64,000 nt of DNA, from contig CM082580.2 in assembly GCA_040954595.2 (NCBI GenBank), forward strand, positions 11,918,909-11,982,908. Direction: 5' to 3'. The translations under genes and the position numbers were made by a program. This DNA is from Balanoglossus misakiensis (lineage: Eukaryota > Animalia > Hemichordata). How positions within the stretch are numbered: position 1 is the first letter of the stretch; each line of letters opens with the position of its first letter. The notes beneath the pieces are model-generated. The model was not told the origin of the DNA. It worked only from the letters and a program-made list of their open reading frames with translations, and searched no databases. This document shows positions 1-24,900 of this stretch, piece by piece.

Positions 1-176
1 GCGACCCAGGAGGCATAGTCTGTGACTGCCTCAGTGCCAAAACGCAAGCGTGGAAAGCAGCTTGGAGTTTGGTGCGCCTGGTTGCACAGTGCGATATGCA
101 CATCACCACTGGCATTGAAAGCAAGGCAAGTGTTCAGTCTTGGAAGTATGGGGAGCACATCTTAGGAGTTCTGTGA
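1..176 (+). CDS. BBS12: 3' end of a Bardet-Biedl syndrome 12-like chaperonin gene (partial, enters from the left edge)
   Basis: The frame starting at nt 3 reads DPGGIVCDCLSAKTQAWKAAWSLVRLVAQCDMHITTGIESKASVQSWKYGEHILGVL* (TGA 174-176). It resembles the recalled BBS12 C-terminal K-x-x-AW...LV.LV.Q.D..I.TG motif. AATAAA at 302-307. Not in the ORF track because there is no start codon. Confidence 0.7.
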   Translation, partial: DPGGIVCDCLSAKTQAWKAAWSLVRLVAQCDMHITTGIESKASVQSWKYGEHILGVL

Positions 177-1215
177 TGCATCAAATTCTTCGTCATACTG
201 TCATGTGACAATGAAACACTCAAGTATAAGGTGCTACATGACTTTAGGAAAGCAACATTCAGGAATCGTAATTTTTTTTTTTCATTTCTTTATTTTCTAA
301 TAATAAAATTCTATGTTACATTGTATTTACCTTTGGGTAGTTGTTTTCACTACATAACTGTCTCATAGAAATGTCTCACAGGTTATCATATTTTAATATA
401 TTAAAACATATTCATATTTTTATTTAAATACTGTTTTAAGGTTAGCCTACACATTTTATGGTCATGTGCAAAGAATATCAACTCACTGCAGTTTATTCTT
501 GGATTCTTGAAGAGAACCATATTAAAATTAGTTGAAGAATTTATATACTTGATCTTCAGATAGATTTGTTCAGATAATTCTCGCACAGGTAATCGAAGTA
601 AACTTAAAGAATTGACAATATGTGAATAGTCCCATTGCTTAAAAGTAATCATTGATGACAGCTCTAAAATTCATAGCATGTGTTTTTTTCACAGCAATTC
701 AAAAACGTTCGGCAAAAGAAATCCTAAAAATGTTAATGTGCATTTATAAAATGGTGGGTGAAATTCCCAAATAGCCCATAAAATTCCAATACAAAATGTA
801 AATGACAGTGAGAAGCTTGTGTCAAATAAAAATGTCTACCCTGTATTTTGAGGGTGCAACCAACATGCATGTAAATATAACTATAACTGACATTGCATTG
901 ATTCCATACAGTAGATGAGATGTGTGAAATTAATGATTACTTGTGCAGTAATTGCATAATTACAGTATACTTGTTGATTTCAAATTCTTGACATTCTGAC
1001 CTTGATTGTTTCGTATAAAAAGGTTATTTCAGTGACAAAACTGGAATGTACAAGATGATAACTTACGCCCCTGAACTGAATTTTAACTGAAAGTGTACAT
1101 GTACATACACTATGTGCTTTGTAAATAACAATGCCCATGATTGGACATGACATAGGTGCAAAGCCTCCATCTGTAATCCTTGCCCATTCTCAAGCTGTCT
1201 TTCACAGTGTACCAG

Positions 1216-4200
1216 TTAGTGTGTGAAACTCTTCTTGATGGCAACGTGTGGAAATGTCTCCTTCCAGAGGAATACAGTCACAGCATCCAGCATCAGACAG
1301 AATGACAGATCACACAACACCAGAGACTTGCAGTTTTCGAGTACACTGAAAATTAAAAAAAATCTTTGTCAAGGATATCTGAGGAGACCATAGTCTTCAA
1401 GATTGTAGATTTTCTGTATTATGTCACTGAAGGGCGCTACCACGTTTATGAACATATTCAATGCATGAGACAATTAATGGCAAATGTTGATAAATATAGC
1501 TACTGACCTTCCAACAGAAGTTGGGCTGACCATTCTGGTTCCCAAAATGTCAAGTTGTTCCAGGTTTAGACCGTGCTGAGCGATAGCATGAAGATCGACA
1601 TCACATACAGACCTGTAATGAGAGATGCACTTTCTCATAACATATGGTGCACACACTGACACACACATTCAAATCACTTGAAATTCACTGTAAATACATC
1701 AACACTCATTGCTAGTCACAGGAAGTGTGTTGTCTACTCAAGTAACAGCAATGTTCATGAAGTGAAGATTGCAACTCTGCCAGCTTACCGATTTGCAGTT
1801 AGGAAGAGCTTCTTCAGTTTGGGGCAATTCTGAACAAGATTCACAAAGCACTGTGTGCCGGAATTCAATTCATTGCTGAAATAGGAAATATTCAAACGAC
1901 AAATAATTAATGTAGGAAGATACCTGTACATTAATACCTGCAATAGATCTAAATTTGTACCATTGATTTATAGAAAGAGATTCACTTCAACTCACCACCA
2001 TCCAAGATCAATTTCCAACAGGTCTTGACAGTTATTTGCTAATGCCCTCAGTCCAATGTGTGTCAGTGATTTGGCCCTCCACAAGTCTATTGACTTCAAA
2101 TTTCTAGAAAAAAAACGAAAATACACACCTTGCATTCAAAAGAAACAGAAATCTAAGGTCTGGAGAAAAATTTATTCACATCACTCGTGAAAATAACTTT
2201 TGTAGGGCACAGAGGTCATGGGAGTTCTGTCATATAACTGTATGGAATGAAATGAGCTCTTAGTACCACTATACTTCATACATCCAAAATACTACAAACC
2301 AGATCAAACTATGATACATACTTGCAGTAGGTGCTGAGTTTTATCAGGATGTTATCACAGTTGAATAAATTGACACAAGAACCAATATTCAGATGTTCCA
2401 GTTTGGGTAAGCACCTGCATGGAAAAAGAGAGATGAAAGTTCCTAAGAATTATCGCAAACAGGACTATAATTATTACCCTTGATGTTTTGAAATTGACTC
2501 ATCAAAATGTTTCATTTGAAACTAAAACACACAAGGACAACCCATACAACACATCCAAGTTTCATTCTTCACATGATAACATGTACTTTGAAATGATAGC
2601 TGCTAAGAGTACCTAATGATTTGAATCAGTGTAGGATCTCCTACAGGACATCTGAAGAGATTCAACATCCGTAAATTTGTCAGTTTGCTGATATGTTCCA
2701 AGGCGTGGTTATCAAGTTGTGTGCACGACTGCAAATCAAGCTCTATAAAAAATACAAAATAAAAATGTACCACAATTACAAGAGAATACAAGCATACAAG
2801 TTGCAACACTGAATACAGATGAACCCTGGGGGGGGGGGGAGATTGTGTGTACATCTCACCTTGCAATGATGTGCATGTCTCAGATATGACTTTCAGACAC
2901 TCTGCGTTCAAGAAATGACAACACGATAGTCTCAGCGTTGTCAACTCACTGCCACAATATTCAATAAATCTGCAACACAAAGATAAATGTACATTAAATC
3001 ATGTCCTACAGTTCCCTGGGCATTTCTATAGAGATTATCTCACAGTCACTGAAAACCACAAACCTTGAGAAGCAATCCGCTGAAAGCATACCCCAGCCAC
3101 CTGTCCAGGACAAATTCAACCTCTGTAGATGTCGACATCTTGACTGTAGACCATCCAAGGCACTCTCGTCAATCTAGACAAATAGAAAACATATCATTAT
3201 AACCCATTGCATGCCTAAACCTATGGCACTCTATTCGTACACAGTAATACATCCTACACCACAACCTGGGGCAGGATTGAATCTTTCTGTCTGCAGAGTC
3301 TAATAACTCACCTGAGACCAATATGGCTGTAGATCAAGTTCTACATACTGAAGTGGATCATAACAGTGTTTGTAAAACAAAGTACAAGTCAGCGCTGCAC
3401 TGCATAAGCTGGGTACATCTAAGTAACTGAATATATATTGGATAACTTCAGTCTGTAGGCAAAACAAAACGGAAAAAATGGACTATATAATACAAGTTCC
3501 AACTGGATTTTGGTCAATTATAAACTTTTGAATTTGCCACAGTACATCTGTGCACAAGAATGACTTACTGGTAGCATTTCAAAGCAGCCATTATCGCTGG
3601 AAGGCGGATGGTGACCAGACACCACATCACTTTTGTCTGCTGATGCCTCTTTCTGGTTGATATCAAGCTTTTTCAACAAGTGAGCTGCGTACGCTGCGTT
3701 TAAGTCTGAAAAGGTGGAGTGAGCATGGAAATAGTGTCATCATCAGATCACCGGCACACACAATGCCATCATGTTTGTATGAATAACAAAGCCAATAGGA
3801 TCTCAGTTCACTACAGCTGGAATCAGTTGGAAAACATGGAGGAAAGACTCGTGAAGATTATTGACGTAGTATTTGGAGGCTGTTCCTCACCTAAACTTCC
3901 GCGTCTGGGTTTTGTACAACAGCACACCGTGAACTGAAATCCTGTTGGACAGTAAATGCAGACATTTGTTTCAATGAAGAAAAACACACACTTTCTGACA
4001 AGGAATACCATGAACAGTGACATTAGATATTGCAAGACAGTGATGTACATACAATGTATGCAGCTTAGTGGCTAAGAAAACATTCTGGTGGTGGTGAGTG
4101 TTATTTTTACATTAATTTATATAAAACACTGTTCATTGGTCAGGATGTGTCACATGATATGCAAATACATGTACTTAAGAACACAGACGAATGAAAGGCA

Positions 4201-5207
4201 AACCTACCTGTTCCTTCATCATCTTTAGCGCTGGTTCCTATCATTTCTACTGCATCCAACTCTGTGTAGTAATCTAGGCATGAATGGTTGAACTCTATTC
4301 TAATCACACTGAAAAAGATGCCATAAAACACACATATTCACATATTATGTAAAATATTGTAAATAATCGAAAGTTGAAACACCCCAATTCAATTTCACTT
4401 ACTTTGTTGGGAAATCAATGCTGTTGATTGGTGGTGAAAATATTCTAGACTGCTGGGGTGCCTGTTCTGGTTCTCCACTCCACAGCTCATACCACCTTGG
4501 ATTATCCTCTTTGGTATTTGCGTCTGAAGATGACTTTCTAAGTGCTAGTATCCTAACCACAGCTCCTGGGTTGAATGTCTCTAGTATTCGGATTTCACTT
4601 GGATATACCTTTTCTTCGTACAAAAGCTCTGTGATGAGGAATAGACATTTTCACAAATATAAAATTCGTATAATGCCAGATCAGTTCGTATTGTCAAAAT
4701 CACTGTTCTTACATTGGTACTATGAAAAGGAGTAAACATGTAATAGTATGACACTGTGGTTTACAATCCTAAGTTTACTTTTCACAAAGAACATAACATG
4801 TTTACCTATAAAATCTTGACTGATGAATGTCTCAGATGTTCTGCCAAAAGGCTGCGGAGCTGATGGAGCCTGTTGCCACCATGAACCATAGGTACGCTGT
4901 AACAAAGAGGAAAAACATCTCAACATGCATAAATACCATCTTCAAGCACGGTCAGGCCTTTATTAATATAAACACTGAACTGTCAACCGTTTGTTTACAT
5001 TGATCACAATATGTTTTGACCACGCCCACGGATTAGTGAAATACGTGCTATACTTACAAATACAAGTGCTTGTGTGAAGTCTCCGTAGGCTGGATAAATT
5101 CTTGAGGGACCAGCTACATTACCCACTGCGTATGAAAAACTAGATTCACTTCCATACTGTGAACTGAAATCGACCACTTCCTTTGCGTATTGCTGTATCG
5201 TTACCAT
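1216..5207 (-). CDS. FBXL4: F-box/LRR-repeat protein 4, about 14 coding exons
   Basis: ATG at 5207 ([26 protein letters not shown]). Exons encode [40 protein letters not shown] and the F-box GCFEMLP|[17 protein letters not shown]...CYDPLQY. LRRs include [10 protein letters not shown] and [10 protein letters not shown]-terminus [12 protein letters not shown] (TAA 1216-1218). GT-AG introns. Confidence 0.95.
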
Positions 5208-5536
5208 TCTTAATTATTTCGCTTGTTCCTGGAGATCGGACGGTAAAAATGATTGGATTGGGTTGTAAACTGCTGCCTAAATGATTCTGCCCATCACATA
5301 CAAACCATACAGCACGACGTCTAGAAGCGATCGTAGGAAACAGTTATCTTGACAACGCCAAAGCGTCCATCCCTCGGACAACTCTACCTGTCGCTTTAAC
5401 CTTTGACCTCTGTAGATTGCAATATGTCCCCGAAGAGGGCGCTATAAAGTATAAGTTTCAGGATATGTCGAACACCTGTGCACAAGGCGAACAAAAACTT
5501 AAAATTTAACATCTGACATTTGTGGAGCAGCCAGAT
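5208..5536. promoter_or_regulatory. Compact bidirectional promoter between FBXL4 and EHHADH copy 1
   Basis: The divergent start codons are only 329 bp apart and the interval is CpG-richer than its flanks. It contains a DR1-like TAACCT-T-TGACCT (5397-5409) and a CTCF-like CCGAAGAGGGCGCTA (5430-5444). Confidence 0.65.
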
Positions 5537-11465
<5,929 letters not shown>

Positions 11466-11764
11466 AATTCTCCACATGTACTCTGTCAGTCAGTGTGTGT
11501 GTATCAAGAACTCAAGAATTTCTGTGTCGAAAATTCAGATTTGTAAAAAGTTTAAAGATCGTCAACTCTATGTAAAAAAATGACCGTCAATATGCTTTTC
11601 CAGTCCAAGATATTTCAAGATACTAAATAAATTTTATATTACATTGTATAATAATAAAAAAACTGTCAGAGTTTATCAGTATTGAGAATAAAATGTATGC
11701 AAATCCTACAAATGCAGTTGTGTGTGTCCATTATTCTCTGTTAGTATGTGTCGAATATAGTATT

Positions 11765-11793
11765 AATTGATTGTTTGTTTGATTGATTGATTG
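11765..11793. repeat. (TTGA/TTGT)n microsatellite between the EHHADH copies
   Basis: ttgattgtttgtttgattgattgattga. Confidence 0.6.
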
Positions 11794-11987
11794 ATATGAG
11801 TAAACATTGCATTGCTACTCGGATCAATATGCAAAGCTGTTGTTGAAGTCTACTTAAATGACCTTTAAACTTTGCCACCGATCAGCTGATGTTGCTTGGG
11901 TCATCAATTATTTGCAGGCGTTCCACACTAGTAATTCTGTACTTTGTGCCCAATCTGGGCTTCCACTCTGACTAAACTTCATCAACA

Positions 11988-17353
<5,366 letters not shown>

Positions 17354-18639
17354 GATGCGGCCGCGCGACTTCAACTACAAAAAAAATATGTATAACAGCT
17401 CTCTACGTGACGCTCAGTTCAATGGGTGCATCATCAAGTACAGCTAGGACATCGTCTTTATCAATCATGAGAAATAACCATCGGCAATAACTTTACCTAA
17501 ATTGTTAGCAACATATTCACAGATGCGCAGTAACAAAGTCTTGGGCCAGACTCGGTCCCCGCGCACCTGTGCCCTCACTATTGAATTCTGACTCCAAGTT
17601 AAGTTTGCAGACCAGAACGCGCAAGGAATTGTGGGTAACACGCGATAAGACCTCTGCTGGGATTGCAGGTGTGCGTAAATGCACATAGGCATAATGACAT
17701 TAAGGAAATTTACATGATTTATTCATAAAATCTGAATTTATGTGTGGATGTTGTTTAATTTTGATTTTTTACCCTTATTCCAGCAATGGATATAATTATT
17801 CATAGCGATACAAATAACAATGAAATTAACGGATGAACTTTACTTGAGAGTGAATGCAAAAATTTCAGAAAAACTCAACCCCTGAATTAAGTGAAACCGC
17901 ACACAGATTTTTGTCCTGTGCAAATAACACCATCCATCCCGAAGCTGATAATTTCTTAGTAAGTACTACCAGTGGATAATGGTTTGATATATGGTCTGTG
18001 GATATGCTGGTCTCGTCACTCCCTACCCTACATCATCGATTGGACTCTGCAAGATGGAAGATGCCGATAGACTTTCCTTCAGTCAGGTCAGTACATGTGT
18101 ACCCATGAATGTTTAATTAAACTCTAATTAGCAAATTTACCAATGGGCCAGGAAATGCAGTAATGTCAGTCAAATATCTACGACACTTATTCACTGGATT
18201 TATAGAAAAAATTGCCCCGTCACCACGATGGTCTCCCTTATAAAACCACTTCGTTGGTCAACAACGCCACCAAGAGGCCAATAGTATTTCCTTCGTTTTC
18301 TGCGAGGTACTGCAAAATCGGACGCCCCATAACGAAATGAAAAATAAGGATTTTTGAATTTCATCAGCCTAGTTTGAATGATTAATAACGGTATTCGCCC
18401 GTCGGAAAACTTTTGGTAAAAAACCGGTGATTTTGGCTGTCGGCTTAGCCTATATCAGTACCTTATGTTTCATAAGCTCGTTTGATGTTTTGATAACACT
18501 TATAAAGGAGAAAGCAAAGAAAAAACGTCATTAAAAGAAATTGCAATACTCTTCACGTTGGCGAGCGTACAATACCTTCTTGCATGAGTAGGCCTACAAA
18601 ACTTTCCATTCTATAGTTGGGGACCTTCGCGCCAGCGCC

Positions 18640-18780
18640 ATAGGCGTTCAAAAGTGGAGAACGCGCGTTCCACGCAAGCGAGTTCGCAGCGCGCCGCGCG
18701 ATGTCGACGTAAATGTTGCCTGGTAACCATTGAGCGCGGACGTCAATCATTGGTGGTCCTTGCAACAATCATTGGAGACG
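18640..18780 (+). promoter_or_regulatory. CpG-rich promoter of the CNGK-like gene with an RFX X-box and CCAAT boxes
   Basis: X-box-like GTTGCCTGGTAAC at 18715-18727, two ATTGG motifs near 18748-18775, and a CG-rich run, about 200-300 bp upstream of the GCCATGG start at 18985. Confidence 0.55.
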
Positions 18781-18984
18781 AGAGTTGTGTTCGTTTCGTA
18801 TTATCAACGCGCATTACTTTCTACTAACACCGCTGTTACCATGTTGCGGAAAAGATGGACAACATCGTAACCATCAGAATGTGGGATCCGTCGTCCACGT
18901 CGGCGACGTGACCAACGGACGTAGAGACGCGCAACTAAGAAATAAAAAAAAATACAACCCGAAGAAAACTTCGCGGGGCCGGCC

Positions 18985-21900
18985 ATGGCGACTTCGACAA
19001 ACACCAACGGAGACTGTTTGGTGGAAGTTGGTGCGGCGGACGACAGTCCTGCCGAGAGGAAGAGCCAGCTGCGGAATAACGGCCAATTTTATCTGTCTCC
19101 GCACTCCACGGCGATGCGAGTTTGGGAATGCCTGGTGGTGATCTCCGTTGCAATAACTTTCAGCCTGGAAATGTTCTTGGCCGCTTTCGACTCGCAGCTG
19201 GTGGTACTTTGGGTGATCGCCTATCTCTTCGATTTCATCTACGTGCTGGAAATCGTCAGGCACTTCTTTCTCGGCTACATGGACAACGGGATCTTGATCA
19301 CGGACCGGCGCAAGATCCGGAAACATTACTTGCTCACAACGTTCATCGTGGATCTGTTCACAGTCCTGCCCTTGGATTTACTTGTGTTCATTTCACCCGG
19401 CATCGTCGCGGGCCACATGAAACGTTTAGCGCAATACCGATGCATCAACAGACTTCTTCGAGTACACAGAATTTTAAGTTTCTTCAGTAAGTACGGCAAA
19501 TTATTTCTAACGTTTGATTAGTATATATACACCTTGTTCACCCGGCCTACGAGGCTAAACTGTCGGTTCATTCAATCAGGCTATGACCCCCGTGATTACA
19601 TTGGTCATTGTGTTTTTGTCAAGCAAAGGACACACAAGAGTGGACATCCTTGTCTAGTGTCATCATTGAATGTATGTTAGCGCGTCATATACAGCTCGGC
19701 TCTTGCTTGGTATTATATATCCCCAAGCTGGGCCCCACAAATCGTGCACTCTGTCCGCACACCAGCAGGTTACTACCATGTCACGTCCCACCAGCGCTAA
19801 GAAAGCCACATCTGTTTGTTGAAATCCAACGCAAAATCAGTCCAACCCCGCGACACAACTTATATACTGCAGTATACGCATTCGCGTTCTGGATTAAAAG
19901 ATTTACTAGTATACTGTTTGGAGAATACCGAGACACACAAAGGCTGAGGAAACTATTGTTTAGTATTAAAAGGCTTGGACATCTTTCAAGCCGACTAAGC
20001 CTGTTTTGTACCCATATACTTTGTTGTACAGTTTTTCATGCCTCAAAATGTGCGTTGTCTCGAAATTCCTCTGATATAATGGGGTTAAGGCCAGCCGTCG
20101 GCACTTTTAATACACGTATAGGACTAGTAGTCTTCAAGAGCAGACAAGCTATGCTGCCGAAATTTAGAAAGTATGAATACGTGTGACATATAGCAGTATA
20201 TAATCGTCTTCCTTTTTGTGTTTAATCAACGAGTACACAATGGAAAAGTGCATTGATAGGATGCAGAACAAACGGTAATCCCTGAAATGCAATATGATTA
20301 AATTTGGGTACAGCTTGCATTTGCATCACTCACAAAAACAATTTTGTATGAAACTTTAAGATATATATGTACTTGATATCAAAGTTTCTCTTGAATCCAT
20401 TTTTAAAGGTCATGCAGAAAATCACACAAGTGAAATACTAGTTCCACAAAAGCAAACTACAGAAATATTTTTTCTCTTTATTAAAATGGACAAATTCGTT
20501 CCGTCAGAAACATGTATATTAATACCCCGTGGCCATGGTCACCACTCGGAATATATCGATGTTGGTCGGCCACGTCATTACCAGTCCAGGATTCCCTCTG
20601 ACAACCCCATGTCACGTGACCAGTAGGAAAAAAACTGGGGAAGGTTATTGTTTGGTATTGATTTCAGAGCAGCATACACTGCGTTTCATGGTTTGCATTC
20701 TTTCCATGTGGTGTTCGCCGTCTGCGATGGCGTTCTTTCAACTTTGACCTCTACCCCTGTTCGTCTCTGGGTCGTGGTCTTTCACCGCGCATAACTATTT
20801 TATGATTCACTGATTTCAACCGCTTCGACAGCCGTAACATTTTGCAAAGTTCAAATATTGATACGAAAGTGTTCAGAAATCGATATGCAAGTCATTTTTG
20901 GGGTGCCCGACGTCACTATAAAGCAGTTTTGGTTTGTATACATTTCTCTGTTAAGATTTTGTTCTTTTTGGACGGCATTGTGCTAAAATCAACAAAAGTC
21001 TTGTCATATCGGAAAATGAAATAATATGTAATTCTGAGTGAACCAAATTTTGGCATAGGGAACTTATCTTTTTATTTTATTGCAATTGCTGTACTCTAAC
21101 AATGAAGTCGGCGAAAACCAAAGTTCCTGGATTCTGATAAATATTAGAAAAGCGACGAACAAAAAGTGCAGGTCAGATTTGACCCTATAGCATATTGGGG
21201 ACTTGGTTAATTCATTTGTCTGAGTGTAGTTGTCATGAACACAGGCACGTTATTCTCCTACCAGATAACCCAAATCAGATACTGCGACAGGGAATCGAAA
21301 TTACTTCATGCGTTTCCATGGTTATGTCGATTCGGGCGCGACGCAGAAATGCGCGGAGATAACACTGTCAATGAAAGCTTTTGTCGACATATGACAGCTG
21401 TAATTTCCGTGTGAGTAGCGTGCCAGCAGCAACAACAAATGAAAAAAAAATGAAAATAAAATATCAAACAAATATGTGATATTCGTCATAAAACTCTCGC
21501 GTTATAAGTGTAGGGTTTACGTGAAGAAACCAAAGCAAAAAAGTAAAATTTACGAATATTTCATCGTTGTTGATGTTTTATCACAATAACTGCAGAGTAA
21601 TTTAATCAATACGTTGAATACCGAGTGCTTGAAATTCGTTCAATGGTAAAGTCATATCAGTATTGTGCCCCGCGATGTTTATCAACTTGCCAGTGAAATA
21701 ACTTTATCACAATAATCTCGAAACTTTTTTATGAACCCAACCTGATTTCAAGCTATTTTTAGCTGCTAACTTTCATTGCGTTCTATGGTTCTCTTTTGGT
21801 AAAGATTATGTGCTTATACCTTAATGTAACTGTAAACATTTAACTGTCACGTGATAACAAATAATTTTACCAAAATAGGATAACAAACGTTCGGTTTTAC

Positions 21901-24900
21901 GTTGTCAAACTTAAAGCGTTGTGGTGGATTGGGAATATGGTAGGGTGTAGGGGTTTAGGGAGAATGTGGTAAAGTGCAGGGATGAAAGGGAAATATGTTC
22001 GGACACAGCCACGACATAGAACCGATGGCGTCATAGTTCGCCCCACAATAGTTAATTACGTTGTGGCATTTACGCCACACTTGCAACTCACACCCGTCTC
22101 ATAGGGTATGTGTCATTCGCGTTGCTAGGGCGACGAGGAAACTTCGATCCCCGCTACAGCTGTGGGCTGTAAAATAAATGGGGCTTTTAATATTGACGAG
22201 TGCGACCGAAGACCCTTTTTTGTAAGTGCGTGTGAAAGAGGTCGGAAATTTATGAATTTTTACTTCTAGAAACGACACTTTTAACGTTAAAAATCCACCA
22301 TAAGCATTATGACTCCGTAGAGTGGGGCATCTGGTCTCGTTCTCACAGCGGTTCGTTTGAGAAGACGTGTTACTGTGGTTCTAATGAGTGTTGGGTCTCA
22401 CTGGAGGAAACAAAGCAAACTAGCAAACAGGAGAATATTAGTATTACGTCAAAGTCAATTTACACCATTATCAAGTTCAATCTTGTTCGTCTAGATGCCG
22501 CATTTTATTGTATATCAATTGAAGTCTTGTGATATGGTCGGAGATAAATTATATTGCGTTTAGTATACTAAGTTGTTGATGCATGCCGATAATTCATCAA
22601 CAATGGTGCATGATGGGACAAAGCCATTGAACAAAACCGAGCATAATTCAGATAATTATCTTCTGTGGCGTTGTGTGTATTATAATCAACATTGTGCCAA
22701 TGACGTCGGTTAATTTTCAACAATCCATTTTCGAAGACTATCTTCCAAAAATCAGACGATTTAGCCATGCTGTCGCTAGTACATTCAAATGGAAAAGGTT
22801 TTTTTATCGTCTTGCTGCTAGATGCGCGCCTCAAATGTCATACTCATCTTTCCTGGTTTACTTTAAACGTTTCAAATAACATTTTGAGATTCATGCCCGA
22901 GGATATGAACCAATAAAAACAATTAAGGCGTGGGAGGCTTGCCCTTCAGAAACTAGAATAAATTCTTTTTGGGTCATTTTTTTGCCGTTTTCGTCCAATA
23001 ATATGAAAATAATTGCATACATATTTTTCACTTTTATTTTTCGTCTCTGACGTTCTGACAGACGGGTGCTAAGAGGTCAATAAAAGGTTACCAAATATAA
23101 ATATTATGTATTGTGCGAAATAAAATATATAAAAAATAGTTGGTTTAGGAAATAATCTTTAATCTTCAGCAACATATGCTTATTAGCGTCAATGGAAATG
23201 TTGTGACTCTTAATATTAACATAAAGATCAACAGAAAAAGGGCGAATACGAAATGGGGGTAATCTTTGCTATTAAAACTAACCAAGTGTACGAGACCTCA
23301 GCTTGAATAAAACTGGATTCCATGGATATAGACTGGTATCAGTCACATGTAACAGGTTTAAAAACAGCCATTGGTTAGTATTCCACGCCGGATGAATACT
23401 TTCTTTCTGCCGCGGCAGGGGAATCCCAGCCAAATCCCCTGCATGCGATTTTCTCCACAATGCATTTCTACAGCGTCACATATCCATTGCAACAGGCTGC
23501 CGCATATGTAGGAAAAACTTCCATTTTACCCGATCGACAGACAGCAAAAATTTAAGCTCCGTTTCTGTTTTTTAAATAACCAAAGGGTACAGCCAATATC
23601 TCATTAGGAATTATTACAACAGTATAAGATCTGTCTTCCTGAGTGGGGCAAGCGTTTGAGGTCCGTTTCATGTGAAAGTTTCTGTTTGTTACTATGGGTG
23701 TAGCTAACTTGAAATAACACAAGAATTGATAGGCTAACTGTAGCGGTGTTGACTTCATTCAACTTTCATGCAGTTGTCTAGTATAGAACTATATAGAAAA
23801 GACATATTCTCTCTCTGCGTGGCCTCCCAATCATACGCCGACGTCCAAACAAATCATAAAAAACAGACACAGGTTTACACAGAGCAGTTCAACAACATGT
23901 AATAGTGTCTTTTAGACACACATGAATAGTGGCTAAGCGACCCCTAACATTCCCCAGGGGAAAGGCAAAATGCGACTTCGTTGCTGGGGCAACTGGGGGG
24001 GGGGGCAGTGTTAGAAAGTGGACCACGACCTGGCACCCCCTGACCTGACACAATAGATCGGGCAGTGGATACACTGCGATACAGATTTCGGGCGCCCTTC
24101 TTTCGCCTGGTTTGGGGTGTCTCTCCGGAACACGAAAAAGGTGACATATGTAGGACGCGGTTGTAAGAAAACCCCAACTGTGTAGCCTTATGATCTCAGA
24201 AATACAGGCAAACTATAGTATATGGGCCAGTGCACACGTGACACTGCTAACTGTATATCTACTGTTCACATTGGAAGAGGTCGTCCATATAAGAATAAGG
24301 CGTTTGTAAGAGATTCCGTTGTTGAATCTCATTTACAGCATCGGTCACCCAATGTATCATTAGTAACAATAATCCCGAAGTGAAAAACTGCCAGCGAACC
24401 TCCCCCTTCCTTGTTTGCGTACAATGCAGGTACCGACAGTGAGTCGTATATAAAATACTAGTAATGTAATTAGACCTCTATTGTGTTTTTTTGCGCAGAC
24501 TGTGGCGAGGTTTTGATTTATATGACGTCATAATAGCGAAAGGTTGTAAATAAACATTAACATGCCGAGTTTCTTTCTCCTGGAAGTTTTTATGTAAAAA
24601 CTGTTCGCCAGGTACTATTTTTGGAGTTAATCTTCAGCTTGTCTATACTTTTTCTGTAACTAGAACACTGAGAAAGTCCCAATTTCCTTTGACGCAAATA
24701 GTTTCGACCGTCAAGCGCAGTACATGTCAGAAGTAGATGATATTTTAACGGAATTGACGCATGGGTATAAACCACTCAACGAAAAAGTGTGTTTCCTTCT
24801 TTAAAATAGGTCTGAAAGTATTGAGTGCGACGCTTGGGCTTGTGTACATGTTCAATAGATCTACAACTGACAGGGCCCGAATCTACATTTTTTGTAAATC

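Noticed and set aside
18874-19326. 150 aa antisense ORF over CNGK exon 1
   Set aside because: A shadow ORF expected opposite a GC-rich coding exon.
19608-20186. Longest ORF in the track (192 aa)
   Set aside because: Non-ATG start, intronic, no recognisable domain, composition typical of random sequence.
21931-21960. G-quadruplex-like GGG tract
   Set aside because: A single instance with a long first loop and no supporting context.
22700-22800. MTSVNFQQSIFEDYLPKIRRFSH... as an alternative first exon of CNGK
   Set aside because: Weak donor, and its phase is incompatible with the phase-1 acceptor at 37720.
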